From assembly GCA_046263035.1 (NCBI GenBank), contig JBHELP010000051.1, positions 1 to 38,877 of the forward strand: a stretch of DNA of 38,877 bases, read 5' to 3'. Position numbers and translations under genes: made by a program. The stretch is from Candidatus Dormibacteria bacterium (GTDB lineage: Bacteria > Chloroflexota > Dormibacteria > Aeolococcales > Aeolococcaceae). The notes beneath the pieces are model-generated. The model was given only the letters and a program-made list of their open reading frames with translations, was not told the DNA's origin and did not search any database. This document shows, one piece after another, positions 15,375 through 24,891 of the stretch; the first letter of the stretch is position 1, and the number at the start of each line of letters is the position of its first letter.

Positions 15375-17059
15375 ACGCGGTAGACGGAGGCAGCGACCAT
15401 CGTCGACCACCAGGCCGCCCGGGTGCGCTCCACAAGCAGTAGTCGGGCGGACGGCGGGGGGTGGTCGGCAGGCGCCAGGACGAGGATGTCACCGTGACGG
15501 GCGGTGCGTCGGATGCTGGCGAGCGGCAGCTGGCGGCTGGCGACCATTGCCATGGTTGCGTCCAGGTCCCTGCCCGGGGCCGGGCGCAGCTGGAAGAGCG
15601 CATGGGCGTAGGGCTGACCCAGGCTGTCGGAGAGGAGCACCTGGTGCCCGTTCGCGAGGGAGTGGGCAGCGGTGATGGCGGCACCGATTCCCCCGTCGAA
15701 GGAGCCCTCGGCCCTGGCCGGGTAGGTCACGAACAGGTCACCAAGGTACAGGCCCACCTGAAGCATGGCCAGCACAGCCAGTGCTGATCGCTGTCGCGAG
15801 GGCCGGCTCAGCCAGGGCAGCAGCCTCTGCCAGCCATAACTCGTTATCAGGAGTAAAAACGGGATCATGGGAGCGGCTCGCAGGCCATGGGGGATGCCCT
15901 CCCTGGTGAGGGACGCCGGAATCGGCGCCACGAGAAGCCCCAGCAGCGCGAAGCAGGGGAGCGCTTCATCGCGGTGCCGCCAGCAGGCGACCGCCCCGGT
16001 CATAAGGGCAGGCAGTGTGGCCACCAGGATCATGCCCCCCAGGCCGGTGCTGTGCCGAGGATTGCTGTCGCCCCGTAGCAAAAGGAAGGGTATGTTGAGG
16101 TGTGCCAGGTAGTTGCCCGCCAGCCGTCGAAGGGCAGTCGCCGGCCCCGGATCATCGTTGAGGATGGAGAGGGCGCTGAACCGGGCGGTCAGCGCGCCGG
16201 GATGGTGCAGGGCCCACAGTGCCATCGCGGCGTAGGCGGCCACCGGTATGAGGAGGGCGGTCCACCAGCCTTCCGGTGCGGGTGCGGGTACCCGCTGCAG
16301 GGGCGGCTGCACAGCCCCCTCGCCTGGCCTGCGCGTGCGGAACCAGGCCGGAAGCCGGGGCCACAGGTGGGCGACACAGAGGGCCGGGAGAAGCAGCGCC
16401 ACCATCAGGCGGCCGGTGGGGTAGGCGTACTCCGCGAGTGCCAGGGGCGCTCCCGCGGCGAGGAACCAGCGGCACCCCCCGCCGGTGTGCGCGCGGGCCA
16501 GGCACCAGAGGGCGGCGGAGAGGGACAGCGTGAGCGTGACGACCTCGAAACCCACCCGGCTCTCGAGGAAGAGCCAGGGCATCAACCCCGCGGTCAGGAG
16601 CGCCAGCACCGTCACCGCGGGCGGTCCCCCCGTGGCCCGGCGGGCCGTTCCCGCGAGGAGAGCGCACGAGGCCAGGCCGCAGAGTGCGGCAGGCAGCCGC
16701 ACAACCCCGGGCGTCAGCGGGAACGCCCATGTGAAGGGGGCCAGCAGGTACACGTAAAGGGGGCTCTTGAAGTCACCGAAGGATTCGAAGAAGAGGGGGA
16801 GAACGGCGCCGTGCTGGTCGACACCATGGTGGGCGATGGCCCAGGCGTCGTACCCGATGGCGGCCTCATCCTGGTGCAAACCGGGGGGGGACGATGCCAG
16901 GCCCGCCAGGCGCACGGTGGCGAGCAGGACCACTGTGCTCCAGAGGAGGATGACCCAGGGCTCCGGGCGTCTCCACCGGCTTGCCGCCGTCGAGGCCGGC
17001 TCCTGGGGGGCCGGATGGCTGGAGGTGAGAGCTCCCAGGTTCTGCTCCCCGGAGCTCAC
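15371..17059 (-). CDS. GT-C fold membrane glycosyltransferase (GT39/ArnT-like)
   Basis: 562 aa from GTG17059, which overlaps the upstream stop (GTGA). PPGLHQDEAAIGYDAWAIAHHGVDQHGAVLPLFFESFGDFKSPLYVYL, then more than 10 TM helices. The ORF-track extension to 17611 lies inside the upstream gene. Confidence 0.6.
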   Translation of the reverse strand: MSSGEQNLGALTSSHPAPQEPASTAASRWRRPEPWVILLWSTVVLLATVRLAGLASSPPGLHQDEAAIGYDAWAIAHHGVDQHGAVLPLFFESFGDFKSPLYVYLLAPFTWAFPLTPGVVRLPAALCGLASCALLAGTARRATGGPPAVTVLALLTAGLMPWLFLESRVGFEVVTLTLSLSAALWCLARAHTGGGCRWFLAAGAPLALAEYAYPTGRLMVALLLPALCVAHLWPRLPAWFRTRRPGEGAVQPPLQRVPAPAPEGWWTALLIPVAAYAAMALWALHHPGALTARFSALSILNDDPGPATALRRLAGNYLAHLNIPFLLLRGDSNPRHSTGLGGMILVATLPALMTGAVACWRHRDEALPCFALLGLLVAPIPASLTREGIPHGLRAAPMIPFLLLITSYGWQRLLPWLSRPSRQRSALAVLAMLQVGLYLGDLFVTYPARAEGSFDGGIGAAITAAHSLANGHQVLLSDSLGQPYAHALFQLRPAPGRDLDATMAMVASRQLPLASIRRTARHGDILVLAPADHPPPSARLLLVERTRAAWWSTMVAASVYRV

Positions 17060-18363
17060 GCCGGCGTGGCCGACAGAGCGGCTGTGTCGGTGTTGCCGCG
17101 GCTGGAGATCAGGACCAGCGACGCGGCCGCCATCGCCGCCGTGCCCAGGAGAAGCAGGGCCGGGCGTGTGGCCCCGGCGTTCTGGGACGTCCAGAGGTTG
17201 AGACCGGCCACGGCCGGAAGCAGCCCTGCGCTGAGGAAGGCCACCATCCTCAGCCGCCCAGCCATGAGCAGGAAGGGAATCGGCCACATCAGGTACTGGT
17301 CTGACACCGTCGGCGAGAGCGTGAGCAGCACCAGCATGGCGACGGCCATGGTTTCGGCCGGCGATCTTCCCCGGCGGGCGGCCACCAAACCGGCTGTCGA
17401 CGAGGCGGCCCCGGCAAGGAGATTGGCGGTGGTCACCACCCAGGTCGGGACGCCGTCGCGGAAGAGCAGGGAGGTGCCCAATCCCTGGCGGTGAGCGACG
17501 TATGTTGCCACCCTGTACAGGCCGCCGATGAGGTGTTCGGGGTGGATGAGGCCGTATAAGGCAAAGGTGGCAGCGGGCGCGGCAATCAGGCCGGCGATGA
17601 AGCGCGGCCACTGCCGGGGCATCATCAGGGCCAGCAGGGGGACGATGAAGAAGACCGGCCAGGGCTTGATGGCGGTGGCGGCGCCCGCCATCACACCCGC
17701 GACCCCCGGCCGTCGCCGGATGAGAGCGATGCCTCCAACGAGTGGAAGCACCACCAGCGGATCGAACTGGCCATGAAGAGCGGGCACCGCCATGGCAACT
17801 GGGTTGATGGCGTAGAGCACACCGGCGGCAACCGCCGTCCGGGCCTCAGCGCCCTGATGCCGGAGCAGCATCACCAGAAAGGGTGCCACCGCGGCGTCGG
17901 CCACCCAGAAGGGCAGGCGCACCAGCGCGGAATAGAGGTGGGGATGGTCCGAGGGAACCGACGAGGCAAGCGCCCACCACCAATAGATGGCCGGCGGATA
18001 GTTGGAGAGCCCCAGGGCCGGCTCCACAAACACGTCACCGCCGTTGCGCAGCTGGGCGCCGACGATCCGGTAGGCGTCGAATATGTCGTAGAGGCCGCCG
18101 TCCTGAACGAGGGATAAACCGGCGCGGAGAGCCAGCGCGGTTAGGAGGATGGCGATCATTGGGGCGGTTGTGCGGCCGGTCCGCGCCCAGGTGGCCGTGG
18201 GCCGGGAACGACGGCCGCTCGTCGCCACCCGGGGGATCGCGATCGAGACCGCCGCGCAGGCGATGAGAAGGACCAGAGCCCACGGTCGCAGTGCTCCCAC
18301 GGGCAGGTTGAGCGGTGCGTCCCGGGGTATCACGGCGGCAGCGTAGCCACCGGGGCTGGCCAT
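17056..18363 (-). CDS. polytopic membrane protein, GT-C-type glycosyltransferase-like (DUF2029/GT87-like)
   Basis: 435 aa with many TM helices. [22 protein letters not shown]...[12 protein letters not shown] resembles the DUF2029 loop pattern. The family call is tentative. Confidence 0.45.
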   Translation of the reverse strand: MASPGGYAAAVIPRDAPLNLPVGALRPWALVLLIACAAVSIAIPRVATSGRRSRPTATWARTGRTTAPMIAILLTALALRAGLSLVQDGGLYDIFDAYRIVGAQLRNGGDVFVEPALGLSNYPPAIYWWWALASSVPSDHPHLYSALVRLPFWVADAAVAPFLVMLLRHQGAEARTAVAAGVLYAINPVAMAVPALHGQFDPLVVLPLVGGIALIRRRPGVAGVMAGAATAIKPWPVFFIVPLLALMMPRQWPRFIAGLIAAPAATFALYGLIHPEHLIGGLYRVATYVAHRQGLGTSLLFRDGVPTWVVTTANLLAGAASSTAGLVAARRGRSPAETMAVAMLVLLTLSPTVSDQYLMWPIPFLLMAGRLRMVAFLSAGLLPAVAGLNLWTSQNAGATRPALLLLGTAAMAAASLVLISSRGNTDTAALSATPA

Positions 18364-18428
18364 CCACCTTGGCCGCGCGGTCCCGTCGAACGCCCGGCGG
18401 AGAGGGGGGAGGGCGGGAACTGCGAGCC

Positions 18429-18434
18429 TATAAT
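18429..18434 (+). promoter_or_regulatory. candidate -10 box (TATAAT), leaderless-type, for clpP
   Basis: A perfect TATAAT lies 9 nt upstream of ATG18444, with no Shine-Dalgarno between them. Confidence 0.4.
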
Positions 18435-18443
18435 GGCCGGGCC

Positions 18444-19148
18444 ATGACTATCAGCAACCTGATCCCGATGGTCGTCGAGACCACCAATCGCGGCGAGCGA
18501 GCCTTCGACATCTACTCTCGCCTGCTCAAGGATCGGATCATCTTCATCGGTACGCCGATCGACGATCAGGTGGCCAACGTGGTGATGGCGCAGCTCCTGT
18601 TCCTTGCCGGCGAGGATCCGGAGAAGGACATCATGCTCTACATCAACTCGCCGGGCGGGTCCGTATACGCCGGTCTCGCGATCTACGACACCATGCAATA
18701 TGTCGAGCCGCGGGTGGGCACGATCTGCATGGGCATCGCCGCATCCATGGCGGCCCTGCTGCTCGCCGGGGGAGCTGAGAACATGCGCTACAGCCTGCCC
18801 AACACCCGAGTGCTCATCCATCAGCCCAGCGGCGGTTTCAGCGGTCAGGCGACCGACATTCAAATCCACGCACAGGAGATCCTCAGGGTACGCCGCCGTC
18901 TTGACGAGATCCTCGCCCAGCACACCAAGAAGCCCATAGAGATCGTCAACCGCGACTCCGACCGTGACTTTTTCATGAGTGCCGATGAGGCCAAGGACTA
19001 CGGGATCATCGACGAGATCATCCAGGGGCATCGCGGCAATGCCAGCGTGCCCTCACCGTCATCACTGTCCAGCAACGGGGGCGGGGGAGGGTCGTCCGAG
19101 CGGGATCCTGACGGACCGTCCACGGGCGGCGGAACCGCGTCACGCTGA
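18444..19148 (+). CDS. clpP: ATP-dependent Clp protease proteolytic subunit with about 40-aa low-complexity C-terminal tail
   Basis: [34 protein letters not shown]. Catalytic Ser (GIAASMAA), His (LIHQP) and Asp (DRDFFM). The tail is [37 protein letters not shown]. Confidence 0.95.
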   Translation: MTISNLIPMVVETTNRGERAFDIYSRLLKDRIIFIGTPIDDQVANVVMAQLLFLAGEDPEKDIMLYINSPGGSVYAGLAIYDTMQYVEPRVGTICMGIAASMAALLLAGGAENMRYSLPNTRVLIHQPSGGFSGQATDIQIHAQEILRVRRRLDEILAQHTKKPIEIVNRDSDRDFFMSADEAKDYGIIDEIIQGHRGNASVPSPSSLSSNGGGGGSSERDPDGPSTGGGTASR

Positions 19149-19333
19149 GGTGATGGTGTGGTCGCCGCAGATGAGTTCACCCGGTCGACCACAGCTCCAC
19201 CTCTGCGGTGGGGCCGGGACACCGATCCGGATCTGGGCCGGGGCGGCGGACCGGCCATCCCGATGACTGCGCCTCGATCATCTCGGGTGTCCGGCTGCGG
19301 CTCGGCAAGGTCGCCGATGACGGAGGTCCGGCC

Positions 19334-20629
19334 ATGACGGAGCGCAGCGAGGGCCGCAGCCGCCACGCCCGTTGCTCGTTCTGTGGCAAGGGGCAGGAGC
19401 AGGTACGCAAGCTGGTCGCCGGGCCCAGTGTCTACATCTGTGACCAGTGCATCGATCTCTGCCAGGAGGTGCTCGAGGACGACCGCAGGACGGCCACCCA
19501 GAAGCGCCCCAAGGGAGGGATGATCCCCAATCCTCAGGTCATCTGCGCCTCACTCGATCAGTACGTCGTCGGCCAGGAGCACGCCAAGAAGGTGCTCAGC
19601 GTAGCCGTCTTCAACCACTACAAGCGGATTGCACAGGCGAAGACCGCCGGCGATGTGGAGTTGCAGAAGTCCAACGTCCTGCTGGTCGGGCCCACCGGCT
19701 GTGGAAAGACGCTGCTCGCCCAGACCCTGGCCAAGATCATCGACGTGCCCTTCAGCATCGCCGATGCCACGAGCCTCACCGAGGCGGGCTACGTCGGGGA
19801 GGATGTCGAGAACATCCTGTTGCGACTCATCCAAGCAGCCGACTTCGATATCCCGCGGGCCGAGCGGGGGATCATCTACATCGACGAGATCGACAAGATC
19901 GCCCGCAAGTCGGACAACCCCAGCATCACCCGTGACGTCAGCGGCGAGGGTGTCCAGCAGGCCCTGCTCAAGATCCTCGAGGGAACCGTGGCCAACGTTC
20001 CCCCCCAGGGCGGCCGCAAGCATCCTCATCAGGACTTCATTCAGATAAACACCACCAACATCCTGTTCATCTGTGGCGGCGCCTTCGATGGGCTCGAGAA
20101 GATCATCGAGCAGCGTGTGGGGCAGAGCACCATCGGCTTCAACAGCCGGCCACACAAGTCGCGAACAAAGCAGTCGGCGCGCATCCTGCGGGAGATGCAG
20201 GCTCAGGACCTTTTGAAGTACGGCCTGATCCCCGAGTTCGTGGGTCGACTGCCCATCGCCGTCTCGCTCGACTACCTGGACGAGGCGGACATCATGCGCA
20301 TCCTCACCGAGCCCAAGAACGCCTTCGTCAAGCAGTACCAGAAGTTCTTCCAACTCGACGACGTGGAGCTCATCTTTCATGAGGGTGCTCTCAAGGCCAT
20401 TGCGGAGCGTGCCCTGGCCAGGGGGACGGGTGCCAGGGGCCTCAAGTCCATCATCGAGGAGGTGCTGCTCAACAGCATGTTCGAGGTGCCCAGCCGCTCG
20501 GACATCAAGCGCTGCGTGATCACTGAGCAGACCATCACGGAGGGCATCGAGCCCCTGCTTCTCACCGAGGAGCCCAAGCGACGCTCGGCCCAGGCGAGCA
20601 CGGAGACGGCTCAGGACCAGCCGGCCTGA
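19334..20629 (+). CDS. clpX: ATP-dependent Clp protease ATP-binding subunit ClpX
   Basis: GGAGG 7 nt upstream of the ATG. N-terminal zinc finger CSFCGK...CDQC, Walker A GPTGCGKT, Walker [10 protein letters not shown], and the pore/IGF regions. Confidence 0.97.
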   Translation: MTERSEGRSRHARCSFCGKGQEQVRKLVAGPSVYICDQCIDLCQEVLEDDRRTATQKRPKGGMIPNPQVICASLDQYVVGQEHAKKVLSVAVFNHYKRIAQAKTAGDVELQKSNVLLVGPTGCGKTLLAQTLAKIIDVPFSIADATSLTEAGYVGEDVENILLRLIQAADFDIPRAERGIIYIDEIDKIARKSDNPSITRDVSGEGVQQALLKILEGTVANVPPQGGRKHPHQDFIQINTTNILFICGGAFDGLEKIIEQRVGQSTIGFNSRPHKSRTKQSARILREMQAQDLLKYGLIPEFVGRLPIAVSLDYLDEADIMRILTEPKNAFVKQYQKFFQLDDVELIFHEGALKAIAERALARGTGARGLKSIIEEVLLNSMFEVPSRSDIKRCVITEQTITEGIEPLLLTEEPKRRSAQASTETAQDQPA

Positions 20630-20649
20630 CGGACCGGCTCCGTCGGCGG

Positions 20650-21489
20650 TTGTGGCTCGCGGCCGCGCTGCTCGGAGTGCTGGCCATTCTGGCGGCCGTC
20701 GGCCTGGCTCGGTCACGCTCGCAGGGTTGCACCCTGCCACCGCCCGTGCCCGACCTCCCGGATCGGCTGCGCGCCACCGGAGACTTCGACCGTCCCTACA
20801 ACGTTGGTGTGGAGCGCGACCTGGAGGATGTCGCCACCCGTGCCGCCGCTGCGCTGCATCCCAACCTCATAGGTACCGCCGCGGAGCGCCCGATCCCGGT
20901 GGCCGCCCAATCCGGCGATCGCCACGACGCCCTGGTTGTGCCCCTGACCCTCACCTCCACGTCCGGGGCGCCGGCGCGTGTGGGGGGACTTGTCGCCTTT
21001 CTCCTCGACTGCAGCGGCCGCGCCTACTTCTCGGCCGTGAGCGACGTGTCCACGGTGGCTCCGGAGATCCGGACGTTCCCACCGCTCAGCGCCGAGGACG
21101 CGATGAGCCGGCTCGGCGCAGCCCAGGTGCGGCTCACCTACCGGGAATCCCCGCTCCGACCCATCTGGAGAGATCCCGCACGCGGCGGCGAGGTCGCCGC
21201 CCGTTGGGCGGTCGTCCGCCGCCGACGCGCCCACCCGCGGCGTCGGCGACGGCGCCCGGGGCCAGAACCCCCGGACCCAACGCTCGGAGCCCGTCCAGTG
21301 TGGCGAGGAGGCGGGGCGCTCGTGCTCGACGCCGGACCAGAGCTCTGCCTCGGCGCTGGGCTGGCCGCGCAATCCCGGCTAAGATGGTTGACGGGCGGAT
21401 CGGCGCTCTGGAGGAACTGTGGTGAAGCTGGGAATTGCCGGCAAGGGCGGGACGGGCAAGACGACGGTGGTCGGTACGATGGCGCGTGA
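20650..21489 (+). CDS. hypothetical membrane-anchored/secreted protein; 3' third doubtful
   Basis: TTG start and N-terminal anchor (WLAAALLGVLAILAAVGLA). The sequence looks protein-like to about residue 185. It then becomes Arg-rich (RRRRAHPRRRRRRPGPE) and overlaps the next gene by 71 nt. Confidence 0.35.
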   Translation: MWLAAALLGVLAILAAVGLARSRSQGCTLPPPVPDLPDRLRATGDFDRPYNVGVERDLEDVATRAAAALHPNLIGTAAERPIPVAAQSGDRHDALVVPLTLTSTSGAPARVGGLVAFLLDCSGRAYFSAVSDVSTVAPEIRTFPPLSAEDAMSRLGAAQVRLTYRESPLRPIWRDPARGGEVAARWAVVRRRRAHPRRRRRRPGPEPPDPTLGARPVWRGGGALVLDAGPELCLGAGLAAQSRLRWLTGGSALWRNCGEAGNCRQGRDGQDDGGRYDGA

Positions 21490-22204
21490 GTTCGCGGCCC
21501 GCGGCCATCGGGTGACCGCCTTCGACGTCGATCCGCAGCCGACCCTGGCCATGACGTTGGGGATCGACCTCGAGGCCGCCGAGAACGTCAACGGTGTGCC
21601 CACCGATCTCTTCGATCTCGCCGTGCAGGACCGCCGGCTGACCGGTGAGGAGATCGTCGACCGCTACGGGCTCCGCGGTCCTGACGGGATCCGGCTGATC
21701 ATCGCCCACCGTATCGAGCACGTGGAGATGCATTGCAACTCCTCAGCCCACGTGACGGTTCGGGCCATGCTCAAATCGCTGATCGGTGAGGCGAATGATG
21801 TCGTCATCGTCGACATGGAGGCCGGCCTGGAGCACTTCACGCGGGGTCTCACCCTGGCCGACGTGGATGCGATGATGATCCTGGTCGAGCCCTTCCACAA
21901 GTCAATCGTCACGGGTCGCCAGATCGCCCTGCTCTCCGGCGAGCTGGGTATCAAACGTCGCTATGCCGTTGCCAACAAAATTCGCAACGACGGCGACATG
22001 CCACCCATCGAGGAGTTCTGCGAGGACACCGGTTTGGAGCTGATCGGCAGCATCCCCTGGGATACGACCGTTCAGGATGCCGAGATTCGCGGCATCGCCC
22101 CCTTCGACTTCAGCTCCGAGGCTCCCGCCGTGAGAGCATCTCGTGATCTGGCGGGCACCATGATCCAGCGCCTGCAACCCGTTCCCGGACCGGCCGCCAC
22201 GTAG
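21419..22204 (+). CDS. CooC-family (MinD/ParA-type) P-loop ATPase
   Basis: GIAGKGGTGKTTV deviant Walker A, DVDPQPTLA and DMEAGLEHFTRG. Collinear with CODH nickel-insertion protein CooC as I remember it. The CxC metal site position reads HCNSS. GGAGGA lies upstream; the start is GTG21419 or GTG21422. Confidence 0.75.
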   Translation: MVKLGIAGKGGTGKTTVVGTMAREFAARGHRVTAFDVDPQPTLAMTLGIDLEAAENVNGVPTDLFDLAVQDRRLTGEEIVDRYGLRGPDGIRLIIAHRIEHVEMHCNSSAHVTVRAMLKSLIGEANDVVIVDMEAGLEHFTRGLTLADVDAMMILVEPFHKSIVTGRQIALLSGELGIKRRYAVANKIRNDGDMPPIEEFCEDTGLELIGSIPWDTTVQDAEIRGIAPFDFSSEAPAVRASRDLAGTMIQRLQPVPGPAAT

Positions 22205-22253
22205 TCATCCGTCGACGTCGCCCGACCCACGCGCGGGCCGGCCGTACCCTCCG

Positions 22254-22259
22254 TATACT
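22254..22259 (+). promoter_or_regulatory. candidate -10 box (TATACT) upstream of valS
   Basis: TATACT lies 10 nt upstream of ATG22270. A TACCCT hexamer also sits at 22245-22250. No Shine-Dalgarno. Confidence 0.25.
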
Positions 22260-22269
22260 CGCCTAGCCG

Positions 22270-24891
22270 ATGGACAAGGCCTTCGATTTCCAGAGCGTCG
22301 AGCCACGCTGGCGCCGGCGATGGGAGGAGTTGAACGTCGGCAGGGCCGAACCCTCCAGCCCTCGGCCGGCCTTCACCATCGCTCTCCCGCCCCCGAACAT
22401 CACGGGCGCCCTACACCTCGGCCACGCGGCGGGTTTCTCGGTTCAGGATGTGCTGGCCCGCAATCGGCGCATGCGAGGGTTCGAGGTCGAGTGGTGCCCG
22501 GGCACGGATCACGCCGCCATCGCCACCCAGAATGTCATCGAGAGGGAGCTGGCCGCTGAGGGCACCAGCAAGGAGGAGCTTGGCCGGGAGGGCTTTCAGC
22601 GCCGGGTCGACGCTTGGTATGCCGACTACGGCGGCAAAATCTTCGAGCAGATGCGCCGCCTGGGCTTCACCTGTGACTGGTCACGGGCGCGCTTCACCCT
22701 CGATGAGGGGTATGTGCGGGCGATCCGGCTGGTGTTCAAACGGCTGTACGACGAGAGGCTCATCTACCGCGGCCCCCGCATCGTCAACTGGTGTCCGCGA
22801 TGCCGGAGCGCCATCAGTGACGAGGAGGTGGAGTGGAAGGAGCACAGGGACAGCCTGGTCACCCTGCGCTATCCCGTCGAGGGTGGCGCCACAATCGATG
22901 TGGCGACGGTTCGTCCGGAGACGATGCTCGGTGACACCGCGGTGGCGGTTGCACCGGGCCATCCACGTTACGCGTCGCTCGTGGGCCGCCATGTTGTCCT
23001 ACCCCTTTCCGACCGCCGGGTTCCCATCATCGAGGATGCCGCGGTGCGGAGCGACTTCGGCACCGGCGCCCTGAAGGTCACCCCCGGGCACGATCCGCTG
23101 GACAATGAGATCGGCCGGCGCCATCTGCTACCGACCATCTCCGTGATCGCGCTGGACGGCACCATGGACGTCAAGGAGCTTCCCCAGTTCCATGGAGCAC
23201 CGGTGGAAACTGCGCGAGTGTCGATCACCCGGGCTCTGCGTGAGCTCGGCGTGGTGGTCGCCGAGGAGGAATACACACACGATGTCGGGCATTGCGATCG
23301 TTGCCATCACGTCCTGGAGCCGCTGATCAGTGAGCAGTGGTGGGTGCGCATGCCGTCCCTCGCCGCGCCCGCCATCACCGCCGTGGAGAGTGGGGAGATC
23401 TCATTCCATCCGGCGAACTACACGGACGTCTACCTGTCCTGGATGCGCAACATCCGGGACTGGTGCATCAGCCGCCAGCTCTGGCTGGGGCACGCCATCC
23501 CCGTCTCCACATGCGCCAACGGCCACGAGTTCACGTGGGTCGACGAGCCGGAAACCTGCCCCGTCTGCGGTGATCGGAATCTGCGCCCGGACACAGACGT
23601 CCTGGACACCTGGTTCAGCAGCGCGCTGTGGCCCTATGCCATCTTCGGATGGCCCGAACAGACCGAGGAGCTGCGCCGCTTCTACCCCACGGATGCCCTG
23701 GTCACGGCCCGCGAGATCATCTTTTTATGGGTGGCGCGGATGATCATGACCGGTGTCAAGTTCGCCGGGGCCCGACCGTTCAGCGACGTGCTCATCACCA
23801 GCACGATCATGGCCGCCGACGGCTCGCGTATGCAGAAGTCCAGGGGCAACGCCGTCGATCCCCTGGCGATGATCGAGCGCTATGGCGCCGATGCCGTGCG
23901 GGCATGGGCCGCCGCGGTGGCAACCTCGGGTCAGGATGTGCGCTTCGACGAGGACCGCATCGCCTCCTACAAGAACTTCGCCAACAAGCTCTGGAGCGTG
24001 ACCCGCCTGCTGGCCACGCGCCTGGGTGACGGGGAGAGAATTCCCCGTGTCGCCGAGGTGGACCCCTCGACGCTGTTCGCCGAGGACCGCTGGATACTCG
24101 ATCGCGTGGCCGCCGCCGTCGAGATCTGCGACGCCGCCATCGCCACGTACCAGCTTCATCATGCCATGGAGCGTCTGTATGCCACGACGTGGCATGGCCT
24201 GTGCGACTGGTACGTGGAAATGGTCAAGCCGCGCCTGGCTGAAGGATCTGCGGAGGACTCCCGCGCGGCGGCGGCTTGGACGCTGGTGACGGCGCTCGAC
24301 ATCCTCTTGCGTGCCCTGTATCCCTTCATGCCCTTGGTCACCGAAGAGTGCGCACAGCACATGGACGGCGCCGCGGCCTCCCTCCAGCAACGGACCTGGC
24401 CGGAGGGCCTGACCGCATGGCGGACCGCTGCGGACCAGCGGGATGGCGTGGAGGAGGTGCTCGAGCTGGTGCAGAGGCTGCGAGCTGCTCGCCAGGACGG
24501 CGGCGTCCCGGCTCGTAGCGGCCATCGTCACCCACTTGTTCTGCGCAGCCCGTCGCGACGTCTTCAGCCATCGGACACATCCCGCTTGCTGGAGGCCCTT
24601 GTCCCGGTCAACGTCATAGACGAGGTCAGCAATGGCACGGAGGCGGTGGTGGTGGTGGCGGGAACCCTCGAGGCCGGCCTCTATCTCGGTTCCGGTGGCG
24701 ACGATCCGGCCCGCCTGGCAGCCCGTCTGCGCGAGTTGGAGGCACGGGTTGAACGCCTGGCGGCCCAGCTGGAGAACGGCCAGTTCATGGAGCGCGCACC
24801 CGCCGAGGTGGTGGACCAGGCGCGCCGACGACTTGCCGAGGCGACCGGTCAGCGTGACGCCATTCAGCGACTCGTGGGGGGTTCCAACTGA
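22270..24891 (+). CDS. valS: valyl-tRNA synthetase
   Basis: 873 aa. PPPNITGALHLGHA (HIGH), an editing domain, RMQKSRGN (KMSKS variant) and a C-terminal coiled coil. Confidence 0.97.
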   Translation: MDKAFDFQSVEPRWRRRWEELNVGRAEPSSPRPAFTIALPPPNITGALHLGHAAGFSVQDVLARNRRMRGFEVEWCPGTDHAAIATQNVIERELAAEGTSKEELGREGFQRRVDAWYADYGGKIFEQMRRLGFTCDWSRARFTLDEGYVRAIRLVFKRLYDERLIYRGPRIVNWCPRCRSAISDEEVEWKEHRDSLVTLRYPVEGGATIDVATVRPETMLGDTAVAVAPGHPRYASLVGRHVVLPLSDRRVPIIEDAAVRSDFGTGALKVTPGHDPLDNEIGRRHLLPTISVIALDGTMDVKELPQFHGAPVETARVSITRALRELGVVVAEEEYTHDVGHCDRCHHVLEPLISEQWWVRMPSLAAPAITAVESGEISFHPANYTDVYLSWMRNIRDWCISRQLWLGHAIPVSTCANGHEFTWVDEPETCPVCGDRNLRPDTDVLDTWFSSALWPYAIFGWPEQTEELRRFYPTDALVTAREIIFLWVARMIMTGVKFAGARPFSDVLITSTIMAADGSRMQKSRGNAVDPLAMIERYGADAVRAWAAAVATSGQDVRFDEDRIASYKNFANKLWSVTRLLATRLGDGERIPRVAEVDPSTLFAEDRWILDRVAAAVEICDAAIATYQLHHAMERLYATTWHGLCDWYVEMVKPRLAEGSAEDSRAAAAWTLVTALDILLRALYPFMPLVTEECAQHMDGAAASLQQRTWPEGLTAWRTAADQRDGVEEVLELVQRLRAARQDGGVPARSGHRHPLVLRSPSRRLQPSDTSRLLEALVPVNVIDEVSNGTEAVVVVAGTLEAGLYLGSGGDDPARLAARLRELEARVERLAAQLENGQFMERAPAEVVDQARRRLAEATGQRDAIQRLVGGSN

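Noticed and set aside
14049-15410. 453-aa minus-strand ORF
   Set aside because: Antisense to tig, with Leu/Gly/Asp/Val-rich mirror composition and no motifs.
16100-17494. 464-aa plus-strand ORF
   Set aside because: Antisense to the GT39-like membrane gene. Its Arg/Gly/Pro/Glu-rich composition is incompatible with a folded protein, whereas the minus frame shows regular TM helices.
19550-20740. 396-aa minus-strand ORF
   Set aside because: Antisense to clpX.
20652-21425. 257-aa alternative-frame ORF overlapping the 20650 ORF
   Set aside because: Almost pure Arg/Pro/Gly/Ala. The +1 neighbour frame has a credible membrane anchor and protein-like composition.
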